A program made the position numbers and the translations under genes. DNA of 64,000 nt, from positions 434,001 to 498,000 of the forward strand of contig CDROCS010002089.1 in assembly GCA_977020255.1 (NCBI GenBank). Reading direction: 5' to 3'. Below, one piece after another: positions 38,905-52,867 of the stretch. This DNA is from Obrimoposthia wandeli (lineage: Eukaryota). How positions within the stretch are numbered: the first letter of the stretch is position 1; each line of letters begins with the position of its first letter. The notes under the pieces are model-generated. The model did not search any database. It saw only the letters and a list, made by a program, of their open reading frames with translations, and was not told where the DNA came from.

Positions 38905-39399
38905 CTGTGTGAAGTTGCGGGAATGGTTACCATGCATAGAAAAGTAAGAAAATTAATATATAAATATTCCAATGAAAATTAAATATTACTAATAAAAAGA
39001 AATCGATTGGAAATTGAATTTTAAAAAATCAGTGGAAGTCAAAATTAGAAATTGATGTTCCCAGTCAGAATTTAATTTGAATTTACAAATTCATAAAAAA
39101 TATTATAAGTATTTTCGCGACCAGACAAACGTCAGAAACAATCACGGTATTTCTAGACAATACTTATAATCCTGCAAATATCTAGAAAACTATCTAACCA
39201 CGCAATTTTGCTGTGACTACACTATCCCTCTAAACGATCGTTTATATTATTATTCTGATTACAGTGTTTGCATACAATAAAGATGTTAAACATTTTTTTT
39301 TACTATATATAATTCCCAACAAAAGTATACACACAATATAGCCAATATGGACTAAATTGGTGTCAGGGAATAAACAAGGGCCAATACCAGCAAACAATT

Positions 39400-42300
39400 T
39401 TTCATTCCTTTTCGAAACTCCATCGACTACGTGTAACTATTTTAATTTTTAAATTACTTTTCTTGTATAAATGTACATTATCATATAGCAAGCATATTTT
39501 GAAAACACAGCGTTGATTACGACAAAACACAAACCCTAATTCGAACCTCCAGAACATAGCTACATAATCACACGAACACAATAACAAATCAACAATCTGC
39601 AATACCACAATTGTTCTTATAAAACACAACACTCCAATAAACGGATCACTGAAATAGAGATTAATTTCAATTTATATGGTATTTACAATGCCAAATACAT
39701 AAATCACAAAATCATCTGTACATTACCAGCAAACAAAACTCTTAGCAACATCGCAGATGACATAACGGACATAAACAAAAACACCGCACCTCAAGAACAC
39801 ATCAAATACTTTTAAAATAAACCCTACACAATCAACAAAATAGATATCATGCAAGATTTATTCCACCCACCCATCGACCCCACACAAAAAAAAGTATACA
39901 TTTGCACTTATTAAAAAAATAGAACTTATTCAACCTAGCATCACACACGAAACACACAACCCAATTCTTCGGAAAGCGTTGTACGAGCAACTACCTTCAG
40001 ATACAATAAAAATACTAACAACACTACAAGATCACACACTAGAAGAATTAGCCACAGCAGCTGATAAATTACACTTCTACAATCAACCCAACACACAACA
40101 AACGTTAAACATTTGAAGCAACTAACCAAACAAAAGGGACTTCAATATAATCGATTTGAATTGGAACATATTACAGCAAATGAAAATAAACACATAGAAG
40201 AAAATGTTGATAAATTTACAACAACAAAAACATTACACAAACCAAAACTCAACGATACACCTATTTTACATTAATAAGTTAGAATGATATATTTACTAAA
40301 TTAATACCTGTAGTTGATGTTAAATTCCAATTACAGATCCTATCGCTGATAGGATATCATCTCATTTCTGGCCCATATAGTATGTTAGAATTAAATTTAC
40401 TAAGTTAAATTATATGAAAGAATACAATTACACAAACCCTACACGGATGAGCACAAAAACGATCCAATTAAAATCCATTGAAAAGCACAATTTTTGATGA
40501 ACTTATTAAGTTAAAAGAAACTTAGTAAGTTAATTATTTATAACAAGAAAATAAAATCTTGTGCATAGGAATTTTAACTGGATTTCCCGAATGATAATTA
40601 GTAAGTTTTTGATTCAACTTCTTTGAAATTTATAATTTTTTCGTAATTTTAATTAATATAAAAACTAAGTAATAAAGATGAAATTTAAAAATTGCTTTTA
40701 TTTGAACTTAATTTTTAAGGAAATACAATAAAATTGATCACAAAGTCATATTGACAGCTATATATTAACTCTAATATTTATTAAATTTCAGAATCTAACT
40801 TACTAAGTTACAATAGGTGTACACTAACCATAGATATAGATCACCCTGACCACACAGTGCAACACAGAACACGATACAATTACTTAGTGACACACAACTC
40901 CATCAACAAACGAGAGTATTGCTATTACCAAATTCATAAAATTCATTATCCTCTATAATTACCAAAAAAGATTTGACTCTAAATGGACCGATTATAATTG
41001 ATTGTAAATACAGCCACGATGCATTCACAGTGGTATCCCCGGGGTGATTAGATCTGACACATCAACCTACTATAAACTTCTTAAATTTTCTCATAGACAC
41101 AAGATATACAGTATCCATAATCCCTCGAAACAACACACCTTCATTCAGACACAACTACCTTTATATCACACTCATTACCATAAACGCAACCTCCATTAAA
41201 AACATATAGCTCAACCAACATAACCATCAATTTAGATAACTACATTTCCAAATGATAATTTAGTAGAGCAGACATACCACAACATATTCTCAGAGTCGAT
41301 TTTTAGCACATTTCAATGTTTGTCGACTACAAAAACAAAACTTGACATAAACCAAGACAACAAACCACAATAAAAAATTACATAAGACAAGATAAACACA
41401 ATCAACCAAACGAAGTCACACATAAAATTATCATAAACAGTAGACCCACACATTCCAAGGTCGGACCATTACCAACATATAAATATAAAACACCCTAAGA
41501 AATATTTAACGCACTAATCACAGACAACAAAATACCGCCCATTTGATATACAATGATCATTAGCACTCGTGATGAAAAAAAAACGGCGAATGGCGTTGTT
41601 GCGGTGACTACAGGGAATTGAATAACACGACAAGCCAGACACACACCCACTATCAATCATACGCAACATCAAATCAAGCTTTAACAACAGCGTAATATTT
41701 TCATTTTAAAAAATGATCTAAAATCTGATTATCATCACATACCAGTAGAACCACAAGACATGCCCAAAACCACCTTAACCATTCTATTCGGGATGTTCAA
41801 ATAAATAAAAAATGGAATTAGGCTTAAAAAATCCAACAGCAACATCTCAACGATTATTGGACAAAATATTTTGCAAAGCACCAGACAACCACTTACATAG
41901 ACGACATACTAATCGACAGTCCAACAACAGACCGACACACAAAAGACTTACAAATCGTACAATAAATAAAGAAGATAATAACCTAATAATAAATAAAGAA
42001 AAATTTCAATACTACAAACACGAAATCACTAGCCTTAAACACACACGAAATTAACAGATTTAAACCGAAAATGAAAAATTTCAATCAAAACGTTCCAATA
42101 CTAACAACAGTAAGAGAAATGAGACAATTTTAGGCGTAATCAATTTCTACCACAAACACATTCACAACTGCGCCACCATACTATCACCACTACACGAATA
42201 CAATAAATACAAAAACAAACAGCAAAGATAAAAATATCCAACCAAGACATCAAACACTTCGAAGGAGCAAAAGAAGCCTTAATAAAAACCTAAACGCTAA

Positions 42301-42470
42301 CATACCCAAACTCTTCCGAACACATTGAACTCACAATTACAATTTACGCATTGAACCATGCCATTAAACCAAGTTAAAAATAATTCACCATACCCACTAC
42401 CATCTTTTTCATACAAAATAAACCAAAAATACACCGAACAAAATATTTCACTTTCAACAGATAACCATAC
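39400..42470 (+). mobile_element. Decayed Ty3/Gypsy retrotransposon (gag, protease, RT), truncated by hAT, with an AT-rich insert at about 40270-40810
   Basis: LYEQLPSDTIKIL...LEELATAADK (gag); FLIDTRYTVSIIP (protease); RCCGDYRELN, DLKSDYHHIPVEPQDMPKT and YIDDILI (RT). Confidence 0.8.
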
Positions 42471-43687
42471 CTGCATGACATACGGCTCGCGGGAGCTTTT
42501 GTTATGACCTACTGTAATATTATTCAACATTACAAATATCATAAATTGAAATAAATAAGAAATTAACTAAAATTTATATTCCAAATTGAATATGATTTCT
42601 TTGTAACAAATGATTTATTTCTTAAAATTAATAATTTGTGTTTAATATTTCATATTTCATATAATTATTCATTTCGATTTAAATAAATTACAAAACTAAA
42701 AGATGTGTTTATTGTTACAATTATTTTTAACATTGAGCAAGATTAGAAAAATTAAAAGCGAATTCAGAGTTTCCAACTCCGGATGGTTAAACAAATATAT
42801 ATTTACTATATTCGAAGACAAAATATTTTTTCTCATATGTCGTGAAACGATAGCAGTTGCGAAGGAATACAACCTTCGTCGCCACTTTGAAACCAAACAT
42901 CCCATTCTCGCCAAATTGGATGAAAATAAAAAGTGAGCTGGTTGAGTCGTGAATGAGTGGTTCAGCGTTTTGTCACATTGAAATAAGAAATATCCAATTT
43001 CCAAAATGAAATTGAATTGAATCTTTTCCGGACTCAGTTGCTGAAATGCAAAACGATCTCATTTTCCCACGTGTGCTCTGCATATTCCCCAGAAAAAGCA
43101 CACCGATTGGGTTAGAAAGCATGCAAAACCACTCGATTTATTGATTGAAGAATTTGGAAAATGATTTAATTTATCTACGAGAAAGACGTGGAAAACTAAA
43201 TAAAGATACTTGTCCTGTTGATCTAGAGCAACTACCACTTGAGTTACAGTTAGAAGTTATTGAACTGCAATGTTTGGTAGTGTAAGAAAATAACCCAGAG
43301 AAAGAAGCTTGAAGGATTTTTACAAAAAATTGGGTGACGAAAATTACAACAAAAAATGTACAAAAAAATGTTCTGCGTGTTTGGCAGTACTTACATAAGC
43401 AGATATTCTCAATTAAGAATTTCAATCAAAACAAGTAAAGTGTTGTTCTTGTCTGACTAACGACCACTAAGAAGAAAATTTGAAAATTTCAACGTCAAAT
43501 ATGACAACCGAATACGAATAGCTTGTTAATGAAAGAAGATGTAATATGTATTATTAAATTTCATTAATAAACAAAGTGAAACTACTTATTTGTTGTTTTC
43601 TTGAAAATTATACATTCTCATTTGGGTTTATATATCAGCGGCCCTCACTTTTTATGACCATCGTCGCTTTTGAGTTGTGCAGCCCTG
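42470..43687 (+). mobile_element. Internally deleted hAT transposon (Charlie/SPIN, GTF2IRD2-like)
   Basis: Right TIR gagttgtgcagccctg followed by atctaagc; left subterminal ctgcatgacatacggctcgcggg; LICRETIAVAKEYNLRRHFETKH, WLSRE and LELQLEVIELQC. Confidence 0.85.
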
Positions 43688-45974
43688 ATCTAAGCCATCG
43701 TTTACATCATAATTCAGATTACAGTACTATCATAAATTAAAGATGTTTACAGTTTAATTTGACTATATATAATTCTCAACAAAAATATACCCCCAATTAT
43801 TGCCAAGTTCAGGAACATGAAAAACATTTATGTCATAAAATACGCCATGCTTTCCAACTGGGATTTAACTCATATTATAATAATTCAATTTTATATAAAT
43901 TGTTTGCTTTGATTTTACAAAAAAAATTGTAAGCCATTTGATATGGATGTCCTCAAAACATATTTCAAATTTCAACTAAATATCTTAAAGATTTGAGAAG
44001 GTATTGCCAAAGTTAACCAGGATTTTGACAATTTCTGCGACAAAATACTGGTTCTCGAACTAAATTTACTCATACAATTAGAAAGTAAAATCAATATCTT
44101 CAGGGACAATCATGATTTGATTTTCATTATGCAGGACAATGTTTTTTTCTGAATTTATCTTGTAAGATTCTGACTAAATGGGTTTCCAAAAATCAGCAAT
44201 GATTTGCTAATTAATAATGCTATATATGTTACAATATATCAAAAACATTGAAATTCTACAAATTTACTCAAAAATAAAGTTGTAATAGCTGAATTTTGAT
44301 CTCATAAATAAAATTATCTTTTAAAATTTCGCATTTAGCTGTAAATAATATTCAAGTTTGTATGACGTATTTGAAACCCTTGTATTGTTAAAAAAAGTTT
44401 AATTAGTAAATTATTTAGATTAAAAACAATTAATTTTTTAACTTACTAATATAATCAGACATTACAATTGAAAATTACATTTTGTAGTAAAATTTCGGAA
44501 ATTTTCAAAATATAAAATAAAACATTTCTTTAATTTCAATCTCGTTAAACAAATGAAATCATGCAATTTACTGGCATTAGTTAATCTTTGATTATCCAAT
44601 TTCATTTTTTTTCTTCTCCATATTAAAGAGATCAATGCAATAAATAATAATTTTAAACTAATTAAATTTTTAATTAGGTATTTTACTGGTCTTAAATATA
44701 GATAAGTCAAAATCTTTGAAAATTTACAATTATAAATTGCGTTTTAAATAAATATACTTAATATTTTGAAATTTTGTATTCTTAAATTTGCGAGTATTTT
44801 AAAATTTATTGACAATATTTGTTTGGGATTTTACACTTTCACAATTTTAAAACTACTTTACAATTTACAACTTAAAAATTGTAAATATTTGATTTAAATA
44901 TACATATATCATAAAAATTATTTCAACTAATTTTTCCATAACATTAATTTGAGCACCGTTATGAACACTAATTAATTTTATATGTAAATTAATTTTAATG
45001 AAAAAATGTTTTTTAGAGAATAATTATTTAACGGGTTAACCGATAAGATAATCCGAATTACACAAATGTGCATAATTTGATATTTGTTAATAGCAAAGTG
45101 TAATTCAATAATTCAATAATAAAAAATCCCTAAAACTTTGATTTTGTTAAATAAAACATGGAGTTAAAGATCATTGCAAGTTTATAACTTATGAATGAAA
45201 CATCAGATCTTTATAATTTATGTATCATTTTAAAGATAAAAGTTTAACTGATCCTTGAATGTACATTTTGTCAAGCCTACTCTTAGAATCTTTAAGTTAC
45301 TATAATTAGGTACACATAAAGTTGCCATACTACCAAGCACACATAAAGTTGCCATACTACCAAGCACACATGCCTACATTACAAATTTTTGAATGTTTGC
45401 TGCAAGCCCAAACTTGGCCATAATGATCAAATTAATCAGGTACAGAGGGACCGCCATTTTGTTTCAGTTCTAAAGTGGAACTTAAAATATAGAGAGTATG
45501 TGAATATGTTCTGTTTAAATCAAATCTAATGCCTCCCACCTTTTCTGATGGAAAATATGGAAGCTTACGTACTTTAAAATGTGCGTGTGTGTCTAACATG
45601 AAAATTGTGTTTGTGTGTATGATCTTAGAATACATGTTTGTCTATTTTTCTTGGTCGTATGTAAAATAATTTAGTGTCTAACTTCTGTATTTCATTCAAT
45701 ATTTTATGATAAAAATATGTAGGTCAAACTTATATATTTTTAGGGAAAATTACAAAACATGACAAATATTAATTTCAATACATATATCAGAAACACAAAT
45801 ATTAAATAAAAAAAACTTAAAAGCTTCATCCAAAGTACAAACAGTTTGCATTTTTTTCATAGTTTGTATTTTTGACAAAATAAATAAAGTATGATATAAC
45901 TTTGTTAGAATCAAAAATTAAATTCATTAAAAAATTTAGAATTAACATTGTGAAATGCTGACAGTCAGGAAGGT

Positions 45975-46800
45975 TTTTTTTAATCAACCTCCGACGGTAT
46001 AAACCCGTTTCGGCCTACCTTGGCCTCGTCAAGGAGATGGCTAAAATGTCAGAGATAAGTCTGATAAAAAAAGTAAAGCGGTTTTGACCGCCAAAGATTT
46101 ACCGCCCAGTAGCAGCAGCCTCTCTCATCCACCTTTCTCCATCATCTTCGACATCATCATCTATCTACAGCAGCCTTCAGCAACAGAGGACAACACCATC
46201 ATCTCGTTTTTTGACCACGGCAAAAATCGAATTTTGGTACCAACGCTACCCCTCTGGTACCTGGCTGAAATTTTGTTTCCCAAATGCGGTTCTCGAGAGG
46301 CCAGCACCGATGTAGCCCTGAGCTGCTGCCATCGGGATGTGGCAGCAACATTTTCCCACTGCTATGCGGAACCAAACTGTATTCTCTCTCCCTCGCAATT
46401 ACCGATTACCAGACAAACCACTGGCGATTCACCATCTTCTGCAGCAGTAACAGCTGGATTTCCTTTCTCCCGTACCACTATCGATTTCTCTTATAAATGA
46501 CTGGCAGCAGTCTTTTTGGATGTCTGCGATTCACTCAACAGGTGGACAGCAAGAACAACTCCCATGCCTGTCACAACAATATTCAATGGTCACTACACTG
46601 CCACAGCCTTCTTTCCCCAGTTCAGTCCATCACCTGTACAATCATTTTGCTGACTGTGTGTGTGCAAGTGATGCCAAGACACTCTTCTAATGCACATCAA
46701 TTCCTGTCTTCTCTCACAAAATCTATATTGATTTTTTCCAATTTCCCTCATGTGGGCATGTGTGTGTCCTACCGGTGACACTATCAAATTTCTTTGAGTT
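45975..46800 (-). mobile_element. Non-coding hammerhead-bearing element (Penelope-pLTR/retrozyme-like)
   Basis: Purine-rich body on the minus strand ending in the hammerhead and ATTAAAAAAAA. Shares ggagatgg...gtcagagataag with 62575-62631. Confidence 0.55.
45987..46038 (-). ncRNA. Type I hammerhead ribozyme, minimal, apparently intact
   Basis: Minus strand ATCTCC-TTGACGA-GGCC aaggta GGCC-GAA-ACGG gtttata CCGT-C-GGAGGT: all three stems pair, core YUGANGA...GAAA, GUC cleavage triplet at 45995-45993. Confidence 0.85.
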
Positions 46801-47635
46801 AGCATGTATTTCTTTTTTTAGTGCACATCTACTAATGTGCCTATCTTTTTGACCATAAAAGCACAAACAATTAATACAGAAACAAATGTTGGATTTTGAT
46901 CTTAATACAATTTGATTTCCAAGAATTACAATCTTTATTTTCTTATATTTGAAAAATATTTTGCTGTTATCAAACCAATTTTAATTCCAAGAAATTAACA
47001 ATTTGAAAAATATTTTGCTATTATCAAACGAATTTTTATGCCATCATATTTATAAGAACTTTGTGATCGAGTTTAATAGTAAACAGAAATTATATTACAA
47101 ATATTAAAATAAAAATGTTAAAATGGTATTTAAAATAATAAAATAGTATTAAAAAATATATATGAATTTATGTAAATGACATTTGAATCTGAAGAAGAAG
47201 CTGTACATTTCGGTTTCATTGGTAAATATACAGTTGCTAATAAAAAACGAGATATTATTTAATATAAGTTGATACCTGGTGGATATGCAAGATGTCTGTT
47301 TGTTGAAACTAAAATTAAAGATGTACTGGAATTAAAAATGTTTTCATAGGATTATAAAATAAATAACGAATATGATTTAGGTAAATTCCAGGATTGAAGG
47401 ATTCTAAGAATATTGAAATAAATGTATTACAATAGATAATGGAAAGCGGACGTTTACGACAAATAAAAATATAAAACGAATTTATTTTAATAATACGGTC
47501 GCTACAAATATCGGTTTAACAAGTCGTGTTTTTTAAAACCCATACAGTAAAGACCCTATAAAATCAAAATCTGGCGAAATATATAAATTATGTTAATCAG
47601 TTATATATTTATACTAGCTTAATATATCTGACACT

Positions 47636-50600
47636 TGTAGGAAGAGTGCGAATGCCACTTTTGTAATCAATTAGGATATCTGAAAGTCAAACCTAAAATG
47701 GTGATGTAAGTGGTATTCGTATTTATCGGTCAATGTATCTTCCAGTTGCTCTCTCATCTATAAACCATATTGAGGAATATATTACAGATTATTCCGAATT
47801 ATTAATTGATTTCACATACAAAGCCAAGGCAAGTTTAACATTACATTTAAGAAAAAGAAATAACAAACCCGGCAATAATTAGAGCTTATAGAAAAAGTTA
47901 GCAATGTGGCAAAATACCACATTTTGCCGATAAACAATATGGGTTCAGTTGACTTACAACATTAGGTAGATTCACACAATAAATCTCAAGGTTAGGGAAG
48001 ATCTATCTGTCATACAAATATAATATTTTAATATCAACTTTTAAGAACCATAAACTTCATAATTTTGAGAATATTCTTCCAGGTATTTCTACTTTAATAT
48101 GAAAAGGTAACTCAAACAAGAGTTAAGAAGGTAGCCTAATTAAACATAATTGTTAGAAGACCGAAGTTCAGGTATAATTCTATTAATAAATAAACAGCAT
48201 TCATTGTTGTGCTGAGGATATATATAGGTCATTATTGAGCAATACAAACATACCACACAAACACACATTCACCAGCATACATATTACCTAAAGACCCGTA
48301 GGTCCGTAAACCACGGTTTCCACAATCTATTAGATCTACCTCGGTTTTTTAAATTGTTTTATTCTTTTTATATTTGTTACTTTACATCTTTCGTAGAAAA
48401 TTTTATTTTGAAAGCTCTATCATGTATTTTTTCTACTATGACTCTAAAACCCTCATAGCGATTATCATCCTTATTTCGAACATCTATTTTACCAATACTT
48501 CATCGCCGATATTAAAATGTCGATAACTATTTTCCTTGAAGTTATTTTCCTTTTTTTGATTAATTCGGTTTTTGTAGGTTTAAAATGTGTCTTCGTATCT
48601 TTCTTTTTCTTCAAACCATTCAAGAGCCATTTTTTTCTAAATATTATTTCAGCTGGAATCATTTTTGTTGTTGCTTGTACAGTAGTATTCATAGAGAACT
48701 CTACTTCTGGAAGAACGTCAGCCCAATTTTTAGAGCATTTATCTTTCATTGTTAAATTTAATGAATCTCTGATTGTCCAAAATTTTCTTTCAACTTGTCC
48801 GTTACTTTAATGATGATATGGACTTGAAAATAATAATATAATTTTAAATTTATTTGCTAGTTCTTTCATTAAATTTGATTCAAATGATTTCCCACGATCA
48901 CGTGTATTTATCTTGGAGCTCCAAATTTTAGAATTCAATTATTCATAATTTGTGTTGCTGTTGTTTTTTCGCTTTGATCAGCTACAGCGTTCAGAACTAT
49001 GTACTTACTAATTGATCAATTATAGTAATTAAGTATATTTTTCCATTATATGTTGTTTTCAATGGCCCACAAAAATCTATAAATACGCTACTAAAAAGAC
49101 TGTAATCCGAATTTTCTTTATTTGATTATTTTGTTCTTGTCACTACTTTTAGTTTCTGATAATTTTCACAACTTTGAACTATATTTTTGATAAATTTAAT
49201 CTTTCGACGAAGTCAAATCTATGATAAATGTAATCATTTACTTTTATCCAACCTGCATGATATAGAGTTTTGTGAACATGCATTATTACTCTTTTATATT
49301 TTCTTTTGGTATCCATACTTTACCATTGTTAGTCATTAGTATATTATTGGTAATTTTATAATTACTTCTAATTTTCTTATCTCTTTGGAATTACTTTGCC
49401 ATTCTATGTCAATATCTTTTGTTTTCAGATTCCCTGTTTTTGGATTTTCATGATTAGTTTATTTACTTCTAATTTTCTTATCTCTTTGGAATTACTTTGC
49501 CATTCTATGCCAATATCTTTTGTTTTCAGATTCCCTGTTTTTGGATTTTCATGATTAGTTTTGCATTGAACACAAGTTCCACATTTACTTCTGGAAAGTG
49601 CATCAGCATTTGAATGGTTTTTACCTTTTCTGTACTCTAAAATCATATCAAGGCTACTCAGATGATTGCACCACGTTTGAAATTGAGGTGTTATTGGTTT
49701 TTTAGTTTTAAGCATGAAAGTTATAGCTTTGTGATCAGTTCGAAGACGAAATTTTTTGCCATATAGATAGTGTTTAAAATAATATGTCAAAAGCACAATG
49801 GTTAGCATTTCTTTTTTTCTAATACAGTAAACTATTTCATGAGGATTCATAGCTTTTGACTCATATTATATTACTCTTTCATGATCCAAATCATCTACTT
49901 GAGATATAACTGCACCAATTCTATCAAAACTGGCATCGGTGTCTACTAAAAATGCTTTCTTAAAATCTGGATAAATCAAAATTGGTGCTTCTATTAATTT
50001 CCTTTTTAAAGTTTGAAATAAGTTCTCACATGTTTCATTCCAAAAAGGTTTTTTCTCATTGCTACCTGATATTTTCTCTAATGGTCTCGCATATTCAGTA
50101 TAGTTATTAATAAATCTTCTATGGTAATTGGTAAGACCCAGGAAACTCCGTAGCTTTTTTACACACTTAGGTCGTTCAAAATTTTTAATATCTTCAATTT
50201 TAGTCGGATCTGTTTGTATACCTTTTCCTGAAATTATATGGCCTAAAAATTTTAGCTCTGTCTTCATAAATTGGCACTTTTGTAATTTCAATTTTAATCC
50301 AGTATTATTTATTTATTTTAAAACTTTTTATATCCTTTTATACATCTTTTTTTTGTCTCCGAAAATGTTAATATGTCATCTAAATATACAGCGGCTTCTT
50401 TCCAGTTTAATTCTTCTAAAACTTTATTTATTAACTTTTGAAAAGTAGCAGGAGCAGCTGCAATGCCAAAGGGCATTCTAGTGAAACAGTACTGTGTAGT
50501 TTTAGTAGAAAATGCAGTTTTTAGTTTATATTTTCGGATAATTTGACCTGATAATATGCACTACCTAAGTCTAGCGATGTAAAATATTTTAAAATATTTC

Positions 50601-52300
50601 GCACCTCCGAGCATATCCATCATTTCTTCAGTATTTGGTATTGGAAAAATCAGTCTTTCAGCAACTGCATTTATTGCTCTGTAATCCAAACAAATTCATA
50701 TATCATAAGTATTATTTTTCCTAACGCATAGAAGAGGTGAATTCCACGGAGATTCACATATTTCAATTATACTCTTTGTTTCCATTTCTTTTATATTATC
50801 GTTTATTTTATCTATTAAATGATGTGGTTGACTTCTTGGATTAATTACAATCGGAGATCCTTTCGTCCCTATATTATGTTTTATTATATCTGTTTGACCT
50901 ATATCCCATTCGTTTTGCATAAAACATTCTTATTTTCCTGTATAATTTTATTAATGGTTGAATCTATAATTTTAGTTTTGTCAAAAAATATTTTATTTAC
51001 AAATTCTTCTTTAGTCTTAAGGTTCAAATTTAAAAATATATTAAATTCTGTTAGGAAATTAATACCACAAATAACAGAAGGTGAAATATTTTCTGCAACG
51101 TAAAATTTAATACATTTACAATTTGAATTAAAATAAATCTCTAAAAAGCAAAATCGTAGAATTTTAATATCACTTTCATTTGCGCATTTAACTATTTCGT
51201 CACTTTTTATTAAATTAATTTTCTCTAACCTATGGAAAATACTACGTTTAATTACACTAATTATAGCACCTGTGTGTAATAGATAGGGATATTCCAAATT
51301 TTGAATAATTATATTTATAGAAGGTCGATCATTCATAACATCATAACTAATATTGTTTAAAGAATTTACAAATAAATTTATATTACTAAAAACATCAACA
51401 TATTTTTTAAATTCACAAATATCTAAGGTATCACTAAAAAAGTCACTCACTCACACTTTTACAATCAGTCAAACATTCTTTGCTCAATATGACACTAACA
51501 TTGTTGTTATCGTTCTGACTACCTCCTAGTGCAGTGGAGCGTTGAAGTTTGGGTCGCTTCTTTTAGCATCTTCTTCTCTGTCATCTCCAGAGTCATAGAA
51601 TTCAACTGCAGCAACTGGAATCCGGCTTCTGTGATCTCCTCGAACTTCGTAGCATTGGTGCTTGAAATGGCCTTTCTTCTTACAATGGGAACAACTTACA
51701 TTATGACATTCTGCTCTCGTATTTCCCAGTTCTTTACAAGCCCAGCATCATTTTGTAATTTGCGAATTGTAATCGGAATTTCTTAGGTACTTTCTCCTAT
51801 TTTTATATTCTATTTTCTCAAACCGATATTGACCGTATTCTCTTTTCATTGCATTATTCTGGTGTCGGTAATCATGTTGTTGATTCACACGACGCTGTTG
51901 ATGAGGTGCTCTGGCAAACCATTGTTGATGTGGTCTTCTTTCTGCTGCGTTTTCATAACTCCTTATTTCATAGCAGCTAGTTCTTCAGTTGACGTCAAAT
52001 TCTTTCTAATCATGTCCATCCGAGAAATAGTTTCTTTTATTTCTTTCAAATCCTGAACATTGCGTAGCTTCAATTATTTCAATGCATCTGAATTAATCGA
52101 GTTATCCAAAATGCTCCATAATCTTCTTTGTCAAATTCTCTATTTTTTTTAAAATATGCATCAACATTTTCTGTAGTTCTTTTGTAACTCATAGCTTCGA
52201 TAAACATTGGAACAATGTTTTCTTCTGTAGAAAAGCTTTTCTACATTGTTCTTCAAAACTGTCATCTTTTTCACTCGTCTTCTCGTTGTTGGCTTCATTT
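47636..52300 (-). mobile_element. Ty3/Gypsy retrotransposon, decayed; 3' LTR 47636-48324, 5' end truncated at the Polinton
   Basis: TGTGG...CTACA LTR after a purine-rich PPT; protease LLHTGAIISVI; RT SPWNSPLLCVRK and CLDYRAIN; RNase H VDTDASFDRIGAVISQ and LRTDHKA; integrase DFCGP and DRGKSF. Confidence 0.88.
49362..49561. repeat. 101-bp tandem duplication inside Gypsy pol
   Basis: ttacttctaattttc...gattagttt repeated at 49362 and 49463, one mismatch seen. Confidence 0.9.
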
Positions 52301-52867
52301 GACTGGGACCTTAACTGATTTAAAATTTAATATATGTAGTTCTAATAATAATAATCTACATTTAAATGATACTTTGCTTTATGTTCAGCTAAAAGTAACA
52401 AAGATATATTACTAATTTAGCAGATAATGCAGAAGTAACACATGATAATTAATTAGTAGTTATTTACTTAATGATGCTGTTGATACTCTAAATAATGTTA
52501 AAATTTATTTAGAATTTATTTAGAATTATTCTTGTGTTCATAAAGCGTTGATTGAAAGTATATTTAATTATAGTATTGATACTCAAAATACTAATTTGTC
52601 TTCTATTAGTTTTGATAAAAGTGACGCAACTCGCAAAGTATGAATTGCAGGTTTCAAAACTTATGAAATGTGTATTACACTGAAGCTAATATCTCTATAC
52701 AACTTAAATAATTAATTTTAGATGTCAATGTATATCTTCGTTTTAAACGTAATAAATAGCTTTCTTTCTTTAATACCCCTGGAAGCTCTAAAACCTAAAA
52801 TTGATATATTGGATGATAAAATGTATGTTCAAAGAGTTAAAACCGAGCAATATGTAATAATGTCACA
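52300..52867 (+). pseudogene. Polinton major capsid protein, N-terminal/middle part
   Basis: LHLNDTLLYVQLKVTK, KALIESIFNYSIDTQNTNL and KIDILDDKMYVQRVK resemble Polinton MCP motifs. Confidence 0.55.

Noticed and set aside
45311-45372. 27-bp tandem duplication (also a 26-bp one at 56940-57000)
   Set aside because: Ordinary slippage duplications with no sign of function.
45370-45460. aaaATGGCG (Kozak/YY1-like) starting MAVPLYLINLIIMAKFGLAANIQKF on minus as the GHITM first exon
   Set aside because: No phase-1 donor is available to join the 38904 acceptor, and there is no similarity to GHITM N-termini. It may be chance or belong to another gene.
46080-46800. ORFs 46084-46500 and 46497-46778 as LINE endonuclease/RT (LAAVFLDV)
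   Set aside because: An isolated word without the surrounding RT or APE motifs; the region is better explained as the body of the hammerhead element on the opposite strand.
47170-47560. Short viral-looking plus-strand reading (MTFESEEEAVHFGFIGKY...)
   Set aside because: Interrupted by stops and no family recognised.
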